From NCBI GenBank assembly GCA_046757025.1, contig JBHHXN010000012.1:1-64000 (forward strand): a stretch of 64,000 bases of DNA, in the 5' to 3' direction. Each line of letters opens with the position of its first letter. Within the stretch, counting starts at the first letter, position 1. This DNA comes from a bacterium. GTDB taxonomy: Bacteria > Zhuqueibacterota > Zhuqueibacteria > Oceanimicrobiales > Oceanimicrobiaceae. Positions 39,830-49,148 of the stretch are shown piece after piece. The translations under genes and the position numbers were made by a program. The notes beneath the pieces are model-generated. The model searched no databases. It was not told the DNA's origin and was given only the letters and a program-made list of their open reading frames with translations.

Positions 39830-40339
39830 TTATACTTCTTTATCTTTCAAACTTTGCTGGATGACGTCAATTAAGATCCTTTGAATTGAGGCAAATCGTT
39901 CACCGATGATTTCAGATATATTATTCATCATAATGAATCCGAAATGTGCATTCTCATGGCATATTTTATTTATTTCACTCGCTTTGAACTTTAAGAGTTT
40001 GGTATCTTGTGCAGTCCAGGCTGAAAGAGTATATACATTGGGTTTCGTGAGGGCCGACGAACCAAATGCATCTCCTTTCACCCGCCTTTCGAGTGTGATT
40101 TCTTTTGTAACATTATAATAAGTCAGCTCGAATCGAATCTCTACTGCCCCTTCGCTGATGATGTAAAAATACTCTGCCGGACTTTCTGCTTCAAATATTC
40201 GTTCACCGGCTTTCAATGAAACCAACTGCCCTATTTTAGAGATGGCTTCAAGTTCCTCATCCGTAAAATCTCTAAAAAACCTGGATGCTTTTAACAAATC
40301 AATCATAGGTCTTGCCTCATTTATGTTCATTGACGCCAT
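39830..40339 (-). CDS. Stand-alone cyclic nucleotide-binding domain protein
   Basis: FFRDF..EEL, GERIF, YII.EGAVEI, GDAFG; no C-terminal HTH. Confidence 0.85.
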   Translation of the reverse strand: MASMNINEARPMIDLLKASRFFRDFTDEELEAISKIGQLVSLKAGERIFEAESPAEYFYIISEGAVEIRFELTYYNVTKEITLERRVKGDAFGSSALTKPNVYTLSAWTAQDTKLLKFKASEINKICHENAHFGFIMMNNISEIIGERFASIQRILIDVIQQSLKDKEV

Positions 40340-40396
40340 TATTTATAAAATGGCCTCTATTAGTGTTCGCTTCCACCAATTCAATTTGAAATAATT

Positions 40397-40987
40397 TTAC
40401 TCATGCTTATACTTTAATGGAAAATGTTCGTGTGTACCCTGCTCTTTTCTGGTTTGAAAATCAAAAGGATTGTCTTTATCAACAAACGGGCTTTTCTCAT
40501 TGTGGCACAATGAGGTACAGGTCTCCCCGGTTACAGGACTAACAAGACCAACTTTCACCACCTCTGACAGTTTGTACTCTTTGTTTTTCAAATGCATATA
40601 TTGCTTTTTTGTGTATTCGCTGCCTGGCCCATGACACATTTCGCAGCTTACACCAACAAGTTCAGGGGTGTCTTCTAAACTAACGAAACCTCCCGGTTTG
40701 CCATAACCGGTTGTATGGCATGACAGACATTCGGCATCCGTAGTATAATCTTTCTCAGGATCGAGGCCGGCTTTTTGCTTGGCTTCAGCTCTTTCACCTG
40801 GTTTCAGAATTTCGTAAGCATTTGCCATTTTGGTATTTTTCCAGGATTTATACTGCTTAATGTGACACTTTTTACAATTTTTTGTACCAATATAACTGTA
40901 GCCAGGACTTTCCTTTTTGTCTTGTGATTGAACCGTTCCTGTCAAGGCAATAATGAAAACAAACAATATTTTGAAAAAGTTACGCAT
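40397..40987 (-). CDS. Tetraheme cytochrome c554-family protein
   Basis: YIG..NCKKCH, CLSCHTTG, GVSCEMCHGPGS, CTSLCH; GGAGG RBS before ATG 40987. Confidence 0.85.
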   Translation of the reverse strand: MRNFFKILFVFIIALTGTVQSQDKKESPGYSYIGTKNCKKCHIKQYKSWKNTKMANAYEILKPGERAEAKQKAGLDPEKDYTTDAECLSCHTTGYGKPGGFVSLEDTPELVGVSCEMCHGPGSEYTKKQYMHLKNKEYKLSEVVKVGLVSPVTGETCTSLCHNEKSPFVDKDNPFDFQTRKEQGTHEHFPLKYKHE

Positions 40988-41192
40988 TGACAACCTCCAT
41001 TTGATTAAGTCCTTAAGAAATCCGAATCTTTTTATTTCTAAAATATGCAACCGCCATACAAAAAATCACAATACACAATAATCGTCTATTGACTCAATTG
41101 CGTAATACTTGTGGTTAACCATTTCTGCTGATCTTGTATCATCTTTAGTTCAGACGTATTTCAGAATTATCATCATATCGAATCCGCCATCC

Positions 41193-42389
41193 TTATAAAT
41201 TCTTCAGAAATGCATACAGGTCTCTCATTTCTTTACCGGAAAATTCAGGCCATTTCAACACTTTTTCAGTAATTTTTTCTTCCATAACCGGCGCATGATT
41301 CCAGATAATCTGTGCCATGTCTATTGTGGATTGTACACTTCTGGACTTGGAAAGATCCGGAGCATACTCAGTGCCTCTCGCGTCAGTTCCATGACAACTC
41401 ACGCAGCCTTTTTCTGCAAAAACCTTTTTGCCGGCAGCCGCATCACCGGGCTCATCCCTGAATTTAAAAAAGTAGATGTACGAAATCAGATCAGCCATTT
41501 CTTTGCCATCAAACACTGGCCAGCTCATTTTTTGCTCTTTCATCAACTCGGCCATTTCGGCGCCGTGATTCCACATCAAACCGGCAATTTCAGTGACACT
41601 AAAGTTCCAATCCAATTCTTCCAGATCAGGGCCGCTTCCTGACTTTTTCTCACCGACAGAGTGACAATCCAAACAACCTTTCTTATCGAAGACTAATTTT
41701 CCTCTCTGGGGATTGCCCGGTGACATGTAAACTTGTTCTTTTACTGTGCTTTTGCTGGCTTCGCGAATGTAAGCACTCAGATCGACGATTTCACCTTTTG
41801 AAAATTTGGGTCTTGTAATACCCATTTTTTTTAGTTGCTTGTCCATATCCGGGCCATGATTCCAAAGTGTCTGAGCCATGTACAGCGGTGAGATAAACTT
41901 TGCTAAGGTATCAAACGCAGGCGCTTGTTTTCCCCCTTTGCCGGCAATGGAATGGCAAACCAGGCAGCCTTTTTCCTTTACCAATATTTTACCGCGATAT
42001 AAATCGCCCGGTTCGCCTAAATATCTCAAATAGTAAAGGTAAGCAATGAGTTCCACCATTTCAGTGCGTGAAAATTCCGGATAAGGCAAATCCAGTTCGC
42101 GCATGCGTCTGAGCATTTCGGGGGCATGATTCCACATGACTCCAGCTAATTGCAAAAAACTGCCATAATATTTCCTTTGGCCCAGATCCGGTCCAATGTC
42201 ACCGCCATCGCCTTTAATGGCGTGACAGGTATTGCACCCTTTTTGTTCAAAAACAAAGCGGCCTTTGAGTGGATTTTTCGGAATGGTTAACTCCTGTGCG
42301 ATATTTTCTTGAGCCGAAAAATGCAAGGTTAATGAGACCAGCACAAAGTAAAAAAATGAAGATTTTTTAAACGAGATTTGTGTTGACAT
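41193..42389 (-). CDS. Four-domain cytochrome c, paralog of 37775-39001
   Basis: CNTCH, CLVCH, CLDCH, CVSCH, each followed by a WNH motif; likely start 42389. Confidence 0.85.
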   Translation of the reverse strand: MSTQISFKKSSFFYFVLVSLTLHFSAQENIAQELTIPKNPLKGRFVFEQKGCNTCHAIKGDGGDIGPDLGQRKYYGSFLQLAGVMWNHAPEMLRRMRELDLPYPEFSRTEMVELIAYLYYLRYLGEPGDLYRGKILVKEKGCLVCHSIAGKGGKQAPAFDTLAKFISPLYMAQTLWNHGPDMDKQLKKMGITRPKFSKGEIVDLSAYIREASKSTVKEQVYMSPGNPQRGKLVFDKKGCLDCHSVGEKKSGSGPDLEELDWNFSVTEIAGLMWNHGAEMAELMKEQKMSWPVFDGKEMADLISYIYFFKFRDEPGDAAAGKKVFAEKGCVSCHGTDARGTEYAPDLSKSRSVQSTIDMAQIIWNHAPVMEEKITEKVLKWPEFSGKEMRDLYAFLKNL

Positions 42390-42461
42390 TTTTACTCCCA
42401 TTGTTCGATTATCCATGAATTGTAAACGCTCACGTAACATTTCCACAGTACGCCGTGAACT

Positions 42462-42704
42462 TCAGAATTCCTGACGTTTCCGCCCCTTTTGCATTCCGAC
42501 AAAAGTATAGGTCAATACCGAAGCAAGAATAAAAAATACCGGGATAGCCACAATACTTATGGCTACCGACGCGTCAAAAGCGTCATTAAGTTTATGTGCG
42601 ACTCGAATTAAATTAAAAATCCAAAGGGCGACGCCGGTTACGAATATCCAGATTAAAGCCACAGAAGCGACTTGCAGAAAAAATATATTTTTGTTTTGTT
42701 TCAT
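42462..42704 (-). CDS. Small two-TM membrane protein
   Basis: GGGAG RBS, two hydrophobic helices, within the operon after the NrfD-family gene. Confidence 0.7.
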   Translation of the reverse strand: MKQNKNIFFLQVASVALIWIFVTGVALWIFNLIRVAHKLNDAFDASVAISIVAIPVFFILASVLTYTFVGMQKGRKRQEF

Positions 42705-42743
42705 ATTCTACTGATCTCCCATACGATTTCCTGAATCATTCAC

Positions 42744-44072
42744 CTAAGATCGTTCAGGTAAGTAGGTGGTTAAGCGATCGGAAACTTCTTTTAAACTATG
42801 TTCCCGGCCTTCCTGTATTTCCCAGATAGAAATTAATGGAAAAAATTTTGCAAACAACAGATAACCTAAAATAAAAACTGCAATCCCCCCCGCAAAAAGA
42901 CTCCATTCTGTCAATGTCGGTACATAAATTCCGGTTGGATACGGAAGTCTTGGATTGGCTAACGACGGAACAACAATGATCAATCGCTCCAACCACATAC
43001 CAACGACCACCGTGATTGAGGCGATTAGAATACCCGGAATGTTCTTTGTTTTAGGATTTGCCAGGATCGCCACTGGAATGAGAAAATTACAGATACCCAT
43101 GAGCCAAAAATAAGGCGCAAAATCACCGGTAAATTTGTAGAAGAACACTCTCATCTCGTTGGGTTCATGGCCATAAAAAGCCGTGAGATATTCTGAAAAA
43201 GTGAAATAAGCCCACAATAAGGACATAATCAGCAGCAACGTAGAAAGATATTTAAAGTGGATCTCTTTCAAATACGTTTCCAGATGAAAAGCTTTGCGAA
43301 ACGCGATCATGACGATCAAGAGCGCGGCAATTCCAGAAAAAATAGCCCCAACGACAAAATACGGGCCGAATATTGTGCTATGCCAGCCAGGTTGTATGGT
43401 CATGGAAAAAATAAACGAAATCACCGTATGTACCGAGATAGCGATGGGAATCACCATAATCATCAGGATATTGATGGCGCGTTCCAGAACTTTTTTCTGA
43501 TGTTCCGTTCCCTGCCAGCCCCAGGCTAAAAACGCATAAAGCCAGCGTGGTTTGGTTCCCCGGTCGCGCAGGATGGCAATATCCGGAATCATGGGCAGAT
43601 ACAGGTAAACCGTACTGGCGGCAAAATACGCTGTGATACTGGTGACGTCCCACAGTAAGGGAGATTGCAAACGACCTTCGGTAAAAAGATGCAGCATCCG
43701 ATCCGGACGCCCTAAATCGAGTATCGGATGCAGACCACCGATGGCCAAAACAATCGCGGTAATGACTTCGGCCATGCGTGTGATAGGACGCCGCCACTCC
43801 GCTTTTGAAAGCCTGAGAATGGCCGAAATCAGCGTACCGGCGTGGCTGATGCCAATGAAAAAAACGAAATTGATAATATAAAATCCCCACGACACAGGTT
43901 GTCCCAAACCTGTCACACCCAGACCGAAAATGATTTGCTTGATATACATATAGCATGTAAAAGCAATTACACTCAATAAAATGAAAATTGTGACATAGAA
44001 TCCGGTGCCGGTTTGTTCGATGGGGCGAATCAGACCAACGTCTTCAAAAGATTCACGTTGTGAGTTTAACAT
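42744..44072 (-). CDS. NrfD/PsrC-family membrane subunit (QrcD/ActC-like)
   Basis: WGFYIINFVFFIGISHAG, R.AE, DLGRP.R, SPLLWD, WHSTIFGPYFV.GAIFSG, WLER. Confidence 0.92.
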   Translation of the reverse strand: MLNSQRESFEDVGLIRPIEQTGTGFYVTIFILLSVIAFTCYMYIKQIIFGLGVTGLGQPVSWGFYIINFVFFIGISHAGTLISAILRLSKAEWRRPITRMAEVITAIVLAIGGLHPILDLGRPDRMLHLFTEGRLQSPLLWDVTSITAYFAASTVYLYLPMIPDIAILRDRGTKPRWLYAFLAWGWQGTEHQKKVLERAINILMIMVIPIAISVHTVISFIFSMTIQPGWHSTIFGPYFVVGAIFSGIAALLIVMIAFRKAFHLETYLKEIHFKYLSTLLLIMSLLWAYFTFSEYLTAFYGHEPNEMRVFFYKFTGDFAPYFWLMGICNFLIPVAILANPKTKNIPGILIASITVVVGMWLERLIIVVPSLANPRLPYPTGIYVPTLTEWSLFAGGIAVFILGYLLFAKFFPLISIWEIQEGREHSLKEVSDRLTTYLPERS

Positions 44073-44756
44073 TTATTCCACCTCTGACAAATAATAAACT
44101 TTTGGTTCTGTACCCAGATCTTCCATGACTCTGAAAGCCCGGTGGCTTCTTTTTAATTTGTTTACCTGGTGTTTGGGATTATCCAGATCGCCAAAATACA
44201 TGGCTTTTGCCGGACAGCTTTCCACACAGGCAGGTACGTAATCACCTTCCTCCAGTTGCCGCTGTTCCACAGCAGCCTGTTCTTTGGCTTTTTGTAGTCG
44301 ATGTACGCAGAAGGTACATTTTTCCACAACCCCTGCTGGCCGCACCGAAACATCGGGGTTCAAAGTCGCTCGCATTTCTTCCGGCCACTCTGGCTTATAC
44401 CAGTTAAAGTACTTGACGGTATAAGGACAGGCGGTCTGACAATAGCGGCATCCGATGCACTGCGGATAAATCTGTGCCACAATACCCTCATCGTTAATGT
44501 AGGTCGCACGTACCGGGCATACTTTTGTGCACGGTGGATGTTCACAGTGGAAACACGGTCTGGGCAAATGCCGCACTTTTACATTTGGAAATTCTCCCTC
44601 GTAAAAGGTGAAAATATCCATGCAAAACAGGGTGCGACCCCTGGCAGACTCTTCCGGTCCAACGATGGCTACATTGAGCTCCATCTTGCAGGCTGCGACA
44701 CATTCGCCACAACCCGTACATTTATTTAAATCGATGACCATACCCCATTTCGGCAT
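44073..44756 (-). CDS. 4Fe-4S dicluster subunit (QrcC/NrfC-like)
   Basis: WGMVIDL.KCTGC..C..AC, PCFHCE.PPC..VCP, CIGCRYC..ACPY, EKCTFC. Confidence 0.92.
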   Translation of the reverse strand: MPKWGMVIDLNKCTGCGECVAACKMELNVAIVGPEESARGRTLFCMDIFTFYEGEFPNVKVRHLPRPCFHCEHPPCTKVCPVRATYINDEGIVAQIYPQCIGCRYCQTACPYTVKYFNWYKPEWPEEMRATLNPDVSVRPAGVVEKCTFCVHRLQKAKEQAAVEQRQLEEGDYVPACVESCPAKAMYFGDLDNPKHQVNKLKRSHRAFRVMEDLGTEPKVYYLSEVE

Positions 44757-44757
44757 A

Positions 44758-47241
44758 CTATGCTATCTCCTTTTTATGTCCTTTTTCAATCATTACTTTC
44801 GTGCAAATTAAAGAGTTGACTCCACTTAAAAAATCGAAATCTTCCAAAATGATGGAATATGGATTCACGCCAATCCCTTTCACATATCGCCCATTTGTTT
44901 TATGCCCGAGTCCAAAAGGAATATACAAGACATCCGGACTGATCCCCGGTAAAAGTCTTGCCGCCAGCTCCAGGTTCCCCTTTGGCGAAGTCACTTTCAC
45001 CATCTCCCCTTCCTTTATGCCATGTTTATGAGCGGTTTCGGGATTTATTTCAACCCATGTCTCCCAGTGATTGCGCGTGAGCATTCCGAACAGTTCTTGC
45101 AGTAGGGGCAGATTGCTGCCCTCCCCATTTACATTTGTTATCAATCTATATGGCAGCAAATGATAATCAAATCGTCCGCTGTCGTCTTTAATTTTTAATT
45201 CTTCATAATGCGGTAAAAACACCAAATCTCCCCGGGCCTCGACATGCCATTTTTTCAATAACAGATCCATTTCCTCCCTAGAACCACTGGCAGCTTGAAT
45301 TTCCGAATTAAATTTCTTTTCTAATAATCGCGAATAAAATTCAAATTTCTTTGACGGGGTATTGAAAAATTTTCTGAAATCAGTCACCGAGGGAAAAGGA
45401 TTCCACCAGCCGCCATTTTCCAACAGTACTTCCAAAAACTCCTCGAAAGTCGTGTATTCAAAAATTTGCCAGCCGCGTTCTTTGAGGAACTTTAACCAAG
45501 CTTCATCCATACGCTCGGTAAAAATCGTGCCTGCCCCGGTTTTATAAATGCCCTTCAAATGCGACTTGAGGAATTCCTGGTAGTCTGCCCATTTGAAAGA
45601 AGAAGCCACGGAACCGCCAAGCTTCCGGGCAATTTCCAGGATAACATCGCCAACATGCCGGGTATGATAAAAAGGCTTAATGACAGGCTGCTGCATGCCG
45701 AGATGTGAAAATTCTACCATTGGCGTAGTGTGGATCACCTCATGTTTTTCCAGAAAAACATGGTCTGGTAAGATCAAATCGGCATAGACGCTGGTATCAT
45801 CAAGGAAAGAAGAGAAACTTACGATAAATGGGATTTCTTTCAGCACCTCTTCAAAATCACTTTGATTGGTGGAGTTAAACACCGGATTCGCATTTGCAAG
45901 AAAAAGCATTTCCGGCAAATTTGCAGAATTATCCAATATCGCTTTTGGTAGATAGGTAACGGCGTTTTCTGCAAAACAAAAATCTTCGATCAACTGCGTT
46001 AACTCCGGCTGCCGCAGCCCCTCAGCAGCAATCTTGTCAATATTTACTTTGGGCGGTTTTGCATACGGCGGCTCTTTGGCCACCGAAATGATGCCATCAT
46101 TTTTGTAATTGCCTTTCAACGCATTCAAACATTCGATGGCCCAGAGCGTGTACAAGCTATTGCTGCTGTTAACAGCCTGGCCACCTGCCAGAACCAATGC
46201 AGACTTAGCTGCCCCAAATTCCCGGGCAACTTCGACAATACGATTTGCTGGCACACCGGTAATCTTCGCAACTTTTTCGGGATAATAATTATCCTCAACG
46301 AGCGATTTGAAACCTGTGTGCGGGTTGCCTGCCCGGTCATGCCAATCTTCAAATCCAAAGCTGAGGTTATTAACAAAATCTCTATCATATTGCCGGTCTT
46401 TAATGAGCACATTTGCCATTCCCAAAGCCAGCGCCGCCATGGTACCGGGTTTTATGGGCAGCCACTCTTTGGAATTGCTGGCGGTGCGCGAAAGCCGGGA
46501 ATCAATATGAACCACTTTCACATTTTTCCCTTCTCCTCTATTTCTGAAATCTGAATATAGCTGATTGAACCGAATGGGGGAGGGCCCTTCATCTAATAAA
46601 TCTGCGCCAAAATTCAGTAAAAGTTCGATATCGTCGAAATTGTAAACCAGCGGATTTTCATGTCCCTGGGTTATATAGGTCACCAGAGATGAAAGCGTGT
46701 TTTGGTTGAAAACAAACAAATTAGGCGAGCCAAAAGCCTGCATAAATCTCTCGATTAAACTCGACAGCAGGTTGTGGCTGTTGCCTGAAAAAAAGGCCAG
46801 TTTATGTGCAGCATTTTTTTCACGTAAGGCTTGTAAACGCGTCACCACCGTCTGTAAAGCTTCATCCCAGGAAATCGCTTCCCATTTTTCTTCACCGCGC
46901 TCGCCGACTCTTTTCAATGGTTCTTTAATTCTATCCGGATTGAACAGAGCTTCAACTCCCGCCTCGGCCATGGGACAAACGCCGCCGCGATTCACCGGAT
47001 TGAGCGGATTGCCAACTATCCGCACCGGAATACCATCTATCAGCCGCACCTTGATTCCACACCCCCCGGGGCACAGAGAGCAGATGCTGGTTTTCCAGGT
47101 TTCAATTCTGGGCGCGCCGCCAATTTTTTCGTACACTTCATCTGGCACAGACCACATTACATCGCAGCCTAAACCCACTAAAGATACGCCAGCAGAAGTC
47201 ATACCTAAATATTTTAAAAAATCTCTCCGGGAAATTTTCAT
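44758..47241 (-). CDS. Molybdopterin oxidoreductase-family subunit (QrcB/ActB-like)
   Basis: TAT SRRDFLK, lipobox GLGC, CSLCPGGC...GVCP Fe-S motif, PDRIKEPLKR, ADLILP, C-terminal VEINPETA domain. Confidence 0.88.
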   Translation of the reverse strand: MKISRRDFLKYLGMTSAGVSLVGLGCDVMWSVPDEVYEKIGGAPRIETWKTSICSLCPGGCGIKVRLIDGIPVRIVGNPLNPVNRGGVCPMAEAGVEALFNPDRIKEPLKRVGERGEEKWEAISWDEALQTVVTRLQALREKNAAHKLAFFSGNSHNLLSSLIERFMQAFGSPNLFVFNQNTLSSLVTYITQGHENPLVYNFDDIELLLNFGADLLDEGPSPIRFNQLYSDFRNRGEGKNVKVVHIDSRLSRTASNSKEWLPIKPGTMAALALGMANVLIKDRQYDRDFVNNLSFGFEDWHDRAGNPHTGFKSLVEDNYYPEKVAKITGVPANRIVEVAREFGAAKSALVLAGGQAVNSSNSLYTLWAIECLNALKGNYKNDGIISVAKEPPYAKPPKVNIDKIAAEGLRQPELTQLIEDFCFAENAVTYLPKAILDNSANLPEMLFLANANPVFNSTNQSDFEEVLKEIPFIVSFSSFLDDTSVYADLILPDHVFLEKHEVIHTTPMVEFSHLGMQQPVIKPFYHTRHVGDVILEIARKLGGSVASSFKWADYQEFLKSHLKGIYKTGAGTIFTERMDEAWLKFLKERGWQIFEYTTFEEFLEVLLENGGWWNPFPSVTDFRKFFNTPSKKFEFYSRLLEKKFNSEIQAASGSREEMDLLLKKWHVEARGDLVFLPHYEELKIKDDSGRFDYHLLPYRLITNVNGEGSNLPLLQELFGMLTRNHWETWVEINPETAHKHGIKEGEMVKVTSPKGNLELAARLLPGISPDVLYIPFGLGHKTNGRYVKGIGVNPYSIILEDFDFLSGVNSLICTKVMIEKGHKKEIA

Positions 47242-47314
47242 TCAATTACTCCTTATCGATGCATCCTATTTTTTTTCATCTATTTGTTTCAGTCTTTAAA
47301 AATGAAATTTTATT

Positions 47315-47815
47315 CTATCTATGACAGGCATAGCAATCGCTCGAAACCCCCCGCTCTTCATGACAGTCCCGGCACCAATCCATTTTTATATCATTTACCG
47401 GTTCGGTTACAGGTTTGGTCTGGCTTCCCACATCCCCATGGCAAACGATACAGTCCAGTTTTCCCAAAGTGACATGACGGCGATGAGAAAAATAAGCATG
47501 ATCTGGCACAAAGTAAATTTGCCGCCAGGGTATCTTTTTATTCTCTGAAATATAATTCACCAGGGTTAACTCCTCTTCACTTTCAGAAACGGCCTCTTCG
47601 TGGCAATCCCGGCAGGTTTCAATGTTTGGAATAGAGGCTCGGCTATTTTTTTCAGCATAGATGTGGCAATCCAGGCACTCCATACCGTTTTCTTCTACAT
47701 GAATAAAGTGATTGTAGGCGATGGGCTGCCCCGAATCAGAGTTGTTTCTACTGATAAATCCAGCAACAATAATCCCTACAAGCAAAAGTAAACAAAAAGA
47801 ACTGAATTTTTTCAT
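47315..47815 (-). CDS. Pentaheme cytochrome c (QrcA/ActA-like)
   Basis: QPIAYNH..H, 5 CxxCH, IPW.....PDH.YFSH..H, MDWCRDCH. Confidence 0.9.
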   Translation of the reverse strand: MKKFSSFCLLLLVGIIVAGFISRNNSDSGQPIAYNHFIHVEENGMECLDCHIYAEKNSRASIPNIETCRDCHEEAVSESEEELTLVNYISENKKIPWRQIYFVPDHAYFSHRRHVTLGKLDCIVCHGDVGSQTKPVTEPVNDIKMDWCRDCHEERGVSSDCYACHR

Positions 47816-47928
47816 TTTAAAACTCTATAATAGTTAAATGTTTGATGTTAGTAATAAAATATATTTTACTTTCAGTATTTTAATTTCTTTCAAATAACCC
47901 CGATTTTTTTGTTGTCACTTCTCTATTC

Positions 47929-49137
47929 TTATTTCTTACCGACTGATTGAAGATACTCGATAATTGCCTCGATTTCCTCATCGGTTAAGTCTTCAACCAC
48001 CATGCCCACTTCATCGTATTCTTTATACAATTCCATGGTGATGGGATCCGACTCTTCCATTACTTCGGGATTTCGAATCATTCTTCGCAACCAATCCTTT
48101 TCTCTTTTCTGAGTGACACCCAATAAATCCGGACCCACCTCCACGCCGCCACCGATGGTATGACAATCCGCACAGAACTTATCCTGAAACAGCTGCTTTC
48201 CCCAATCCACCAGCGAGCGGCCTTCGCGCTCAACTTCCACCAATTCCGGCATTTCAACTTTTTTCTCTTTTGGCACCAGCAGGATGGGCAGATTGATGTT
48301 TTTCCAGCTCATCATCATCAAAGCCAGCGCCCAGGCTTCGTCATCGGTGTACTTGGAGAAGGGCATTTTGCTGTCCGGCACCACCGCTTTGGGATTTTTA
48401 AAATGTTCGAAGTGCCAGCTCAGCATGGAAAGCGGCCGACCGCTTGTGAGAATTTTTTCTTTGATATTGGAAAAATCAAATCTTTCAGCGTGCTTATCTC
48501 CAACAAAGGTCAAATCGGGCCCGGTTTTACCTCCCACCCCATCGATGCGGTGACAGGTGCGGCAGTTACGTTTTTGTGTGATCAGCTTTTTCGCTAGGTT
48601 AATTCGTTTTAACCCCGGCGTATCTTCGTCGCGGCGGTGACAGATATTACATTTTAGCTCCAGCAAGGCATTTTCAGTAAAGCCATATTTTTCTGCCAGT
48701 TTTTTTCCAAAAAGAGGCTCCTCCCAATGTTTGATCTCTCCATGCGCGTCTTTTTTCTTAAGGGCAAATCCCTGACCGCCGTGGCAAATTGTGCAGCCCA
48801 TGGATGGTATGGAGTGCGGCTCGATATCCGGATGCGCCGTGAAAGGCTGCGGAGCGTCAGCAAGATTTGGATTATCGTATCCCACATGACAGCTAATACA
48901 GCGATCAACCCCCGACAACTCTGGCAGCCAGATCTGTTTGACAGACATTTCAAATGCTTGCGCAATTTCAGAACCGACGTTTTCGGACAAATAGTGTTTG
49001 AATTGTTTCTGATATTTTTTCCACTCGGGATTTGCCTGTTTGTAGAAAGAGACCAGTACCAAAACAAACATCACCACTGAAAATAAAAAAAGAAAATAGA
49101 AATCTATAGAAGGATTAAATTTGTTTTTCGTATTCAA
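47929..49137 (-). CDS. Pentaheme membrane-anchored cytochrome c of Rieske/cytochrome b complex
   Basis: TM then EWKKYQ..., DRCISCH, GCTICHGGQG, three further CxxCH with GPDL motifs; likely TTG start 49137 after AGGAG. Confidence 0.85.
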   Translation of the reverse strand: MNTKNKFNPSIDFYFLFLFSVVMFVLVLVSFYKQANPEWKKYQKQFKHYLSENVGSEIAQAFEMSVKQIWLPELSGVDRCISCHVGYDNPNLADAPQPFTAHPDIEPHSIPSMGCTICHGGQGFALKKKDAHGEIKHWEEPLFGKKLAEKYGFTENALLELKCNICHRRDEDTPGLKRINLAKKLITQKRNCRTCHRIDGVGGKTGPDLTFVGDKHAERFDFSNIKEKILTSGRPLSMLSWHFEHFKNPKAVVPDSKMPFSKYTDDEAWALALMMMSWKNINLPILLVPKEKKVEMPELVEVEREGRSLVDWGKQLFQDKFCADCHTIGGGVEVGPDLLGVTQKREKDWLRRMIRNPEVMEESDPITMELYKEYDEVGMVVEDLTDEEIEAIIEYLQSVGKK

Positions 49138-49148
49138 ATCATTCTCTC

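Noticed and set aside
41046..41061. Sigma54-like sites at 41046 (TTGTATGGCGGTTGCA) and ~52986 (TCGCAATGATATTGCT)
   Set aside because: Both lack the invariant GG at -24 and have no enhancer boxes at the shared offsets
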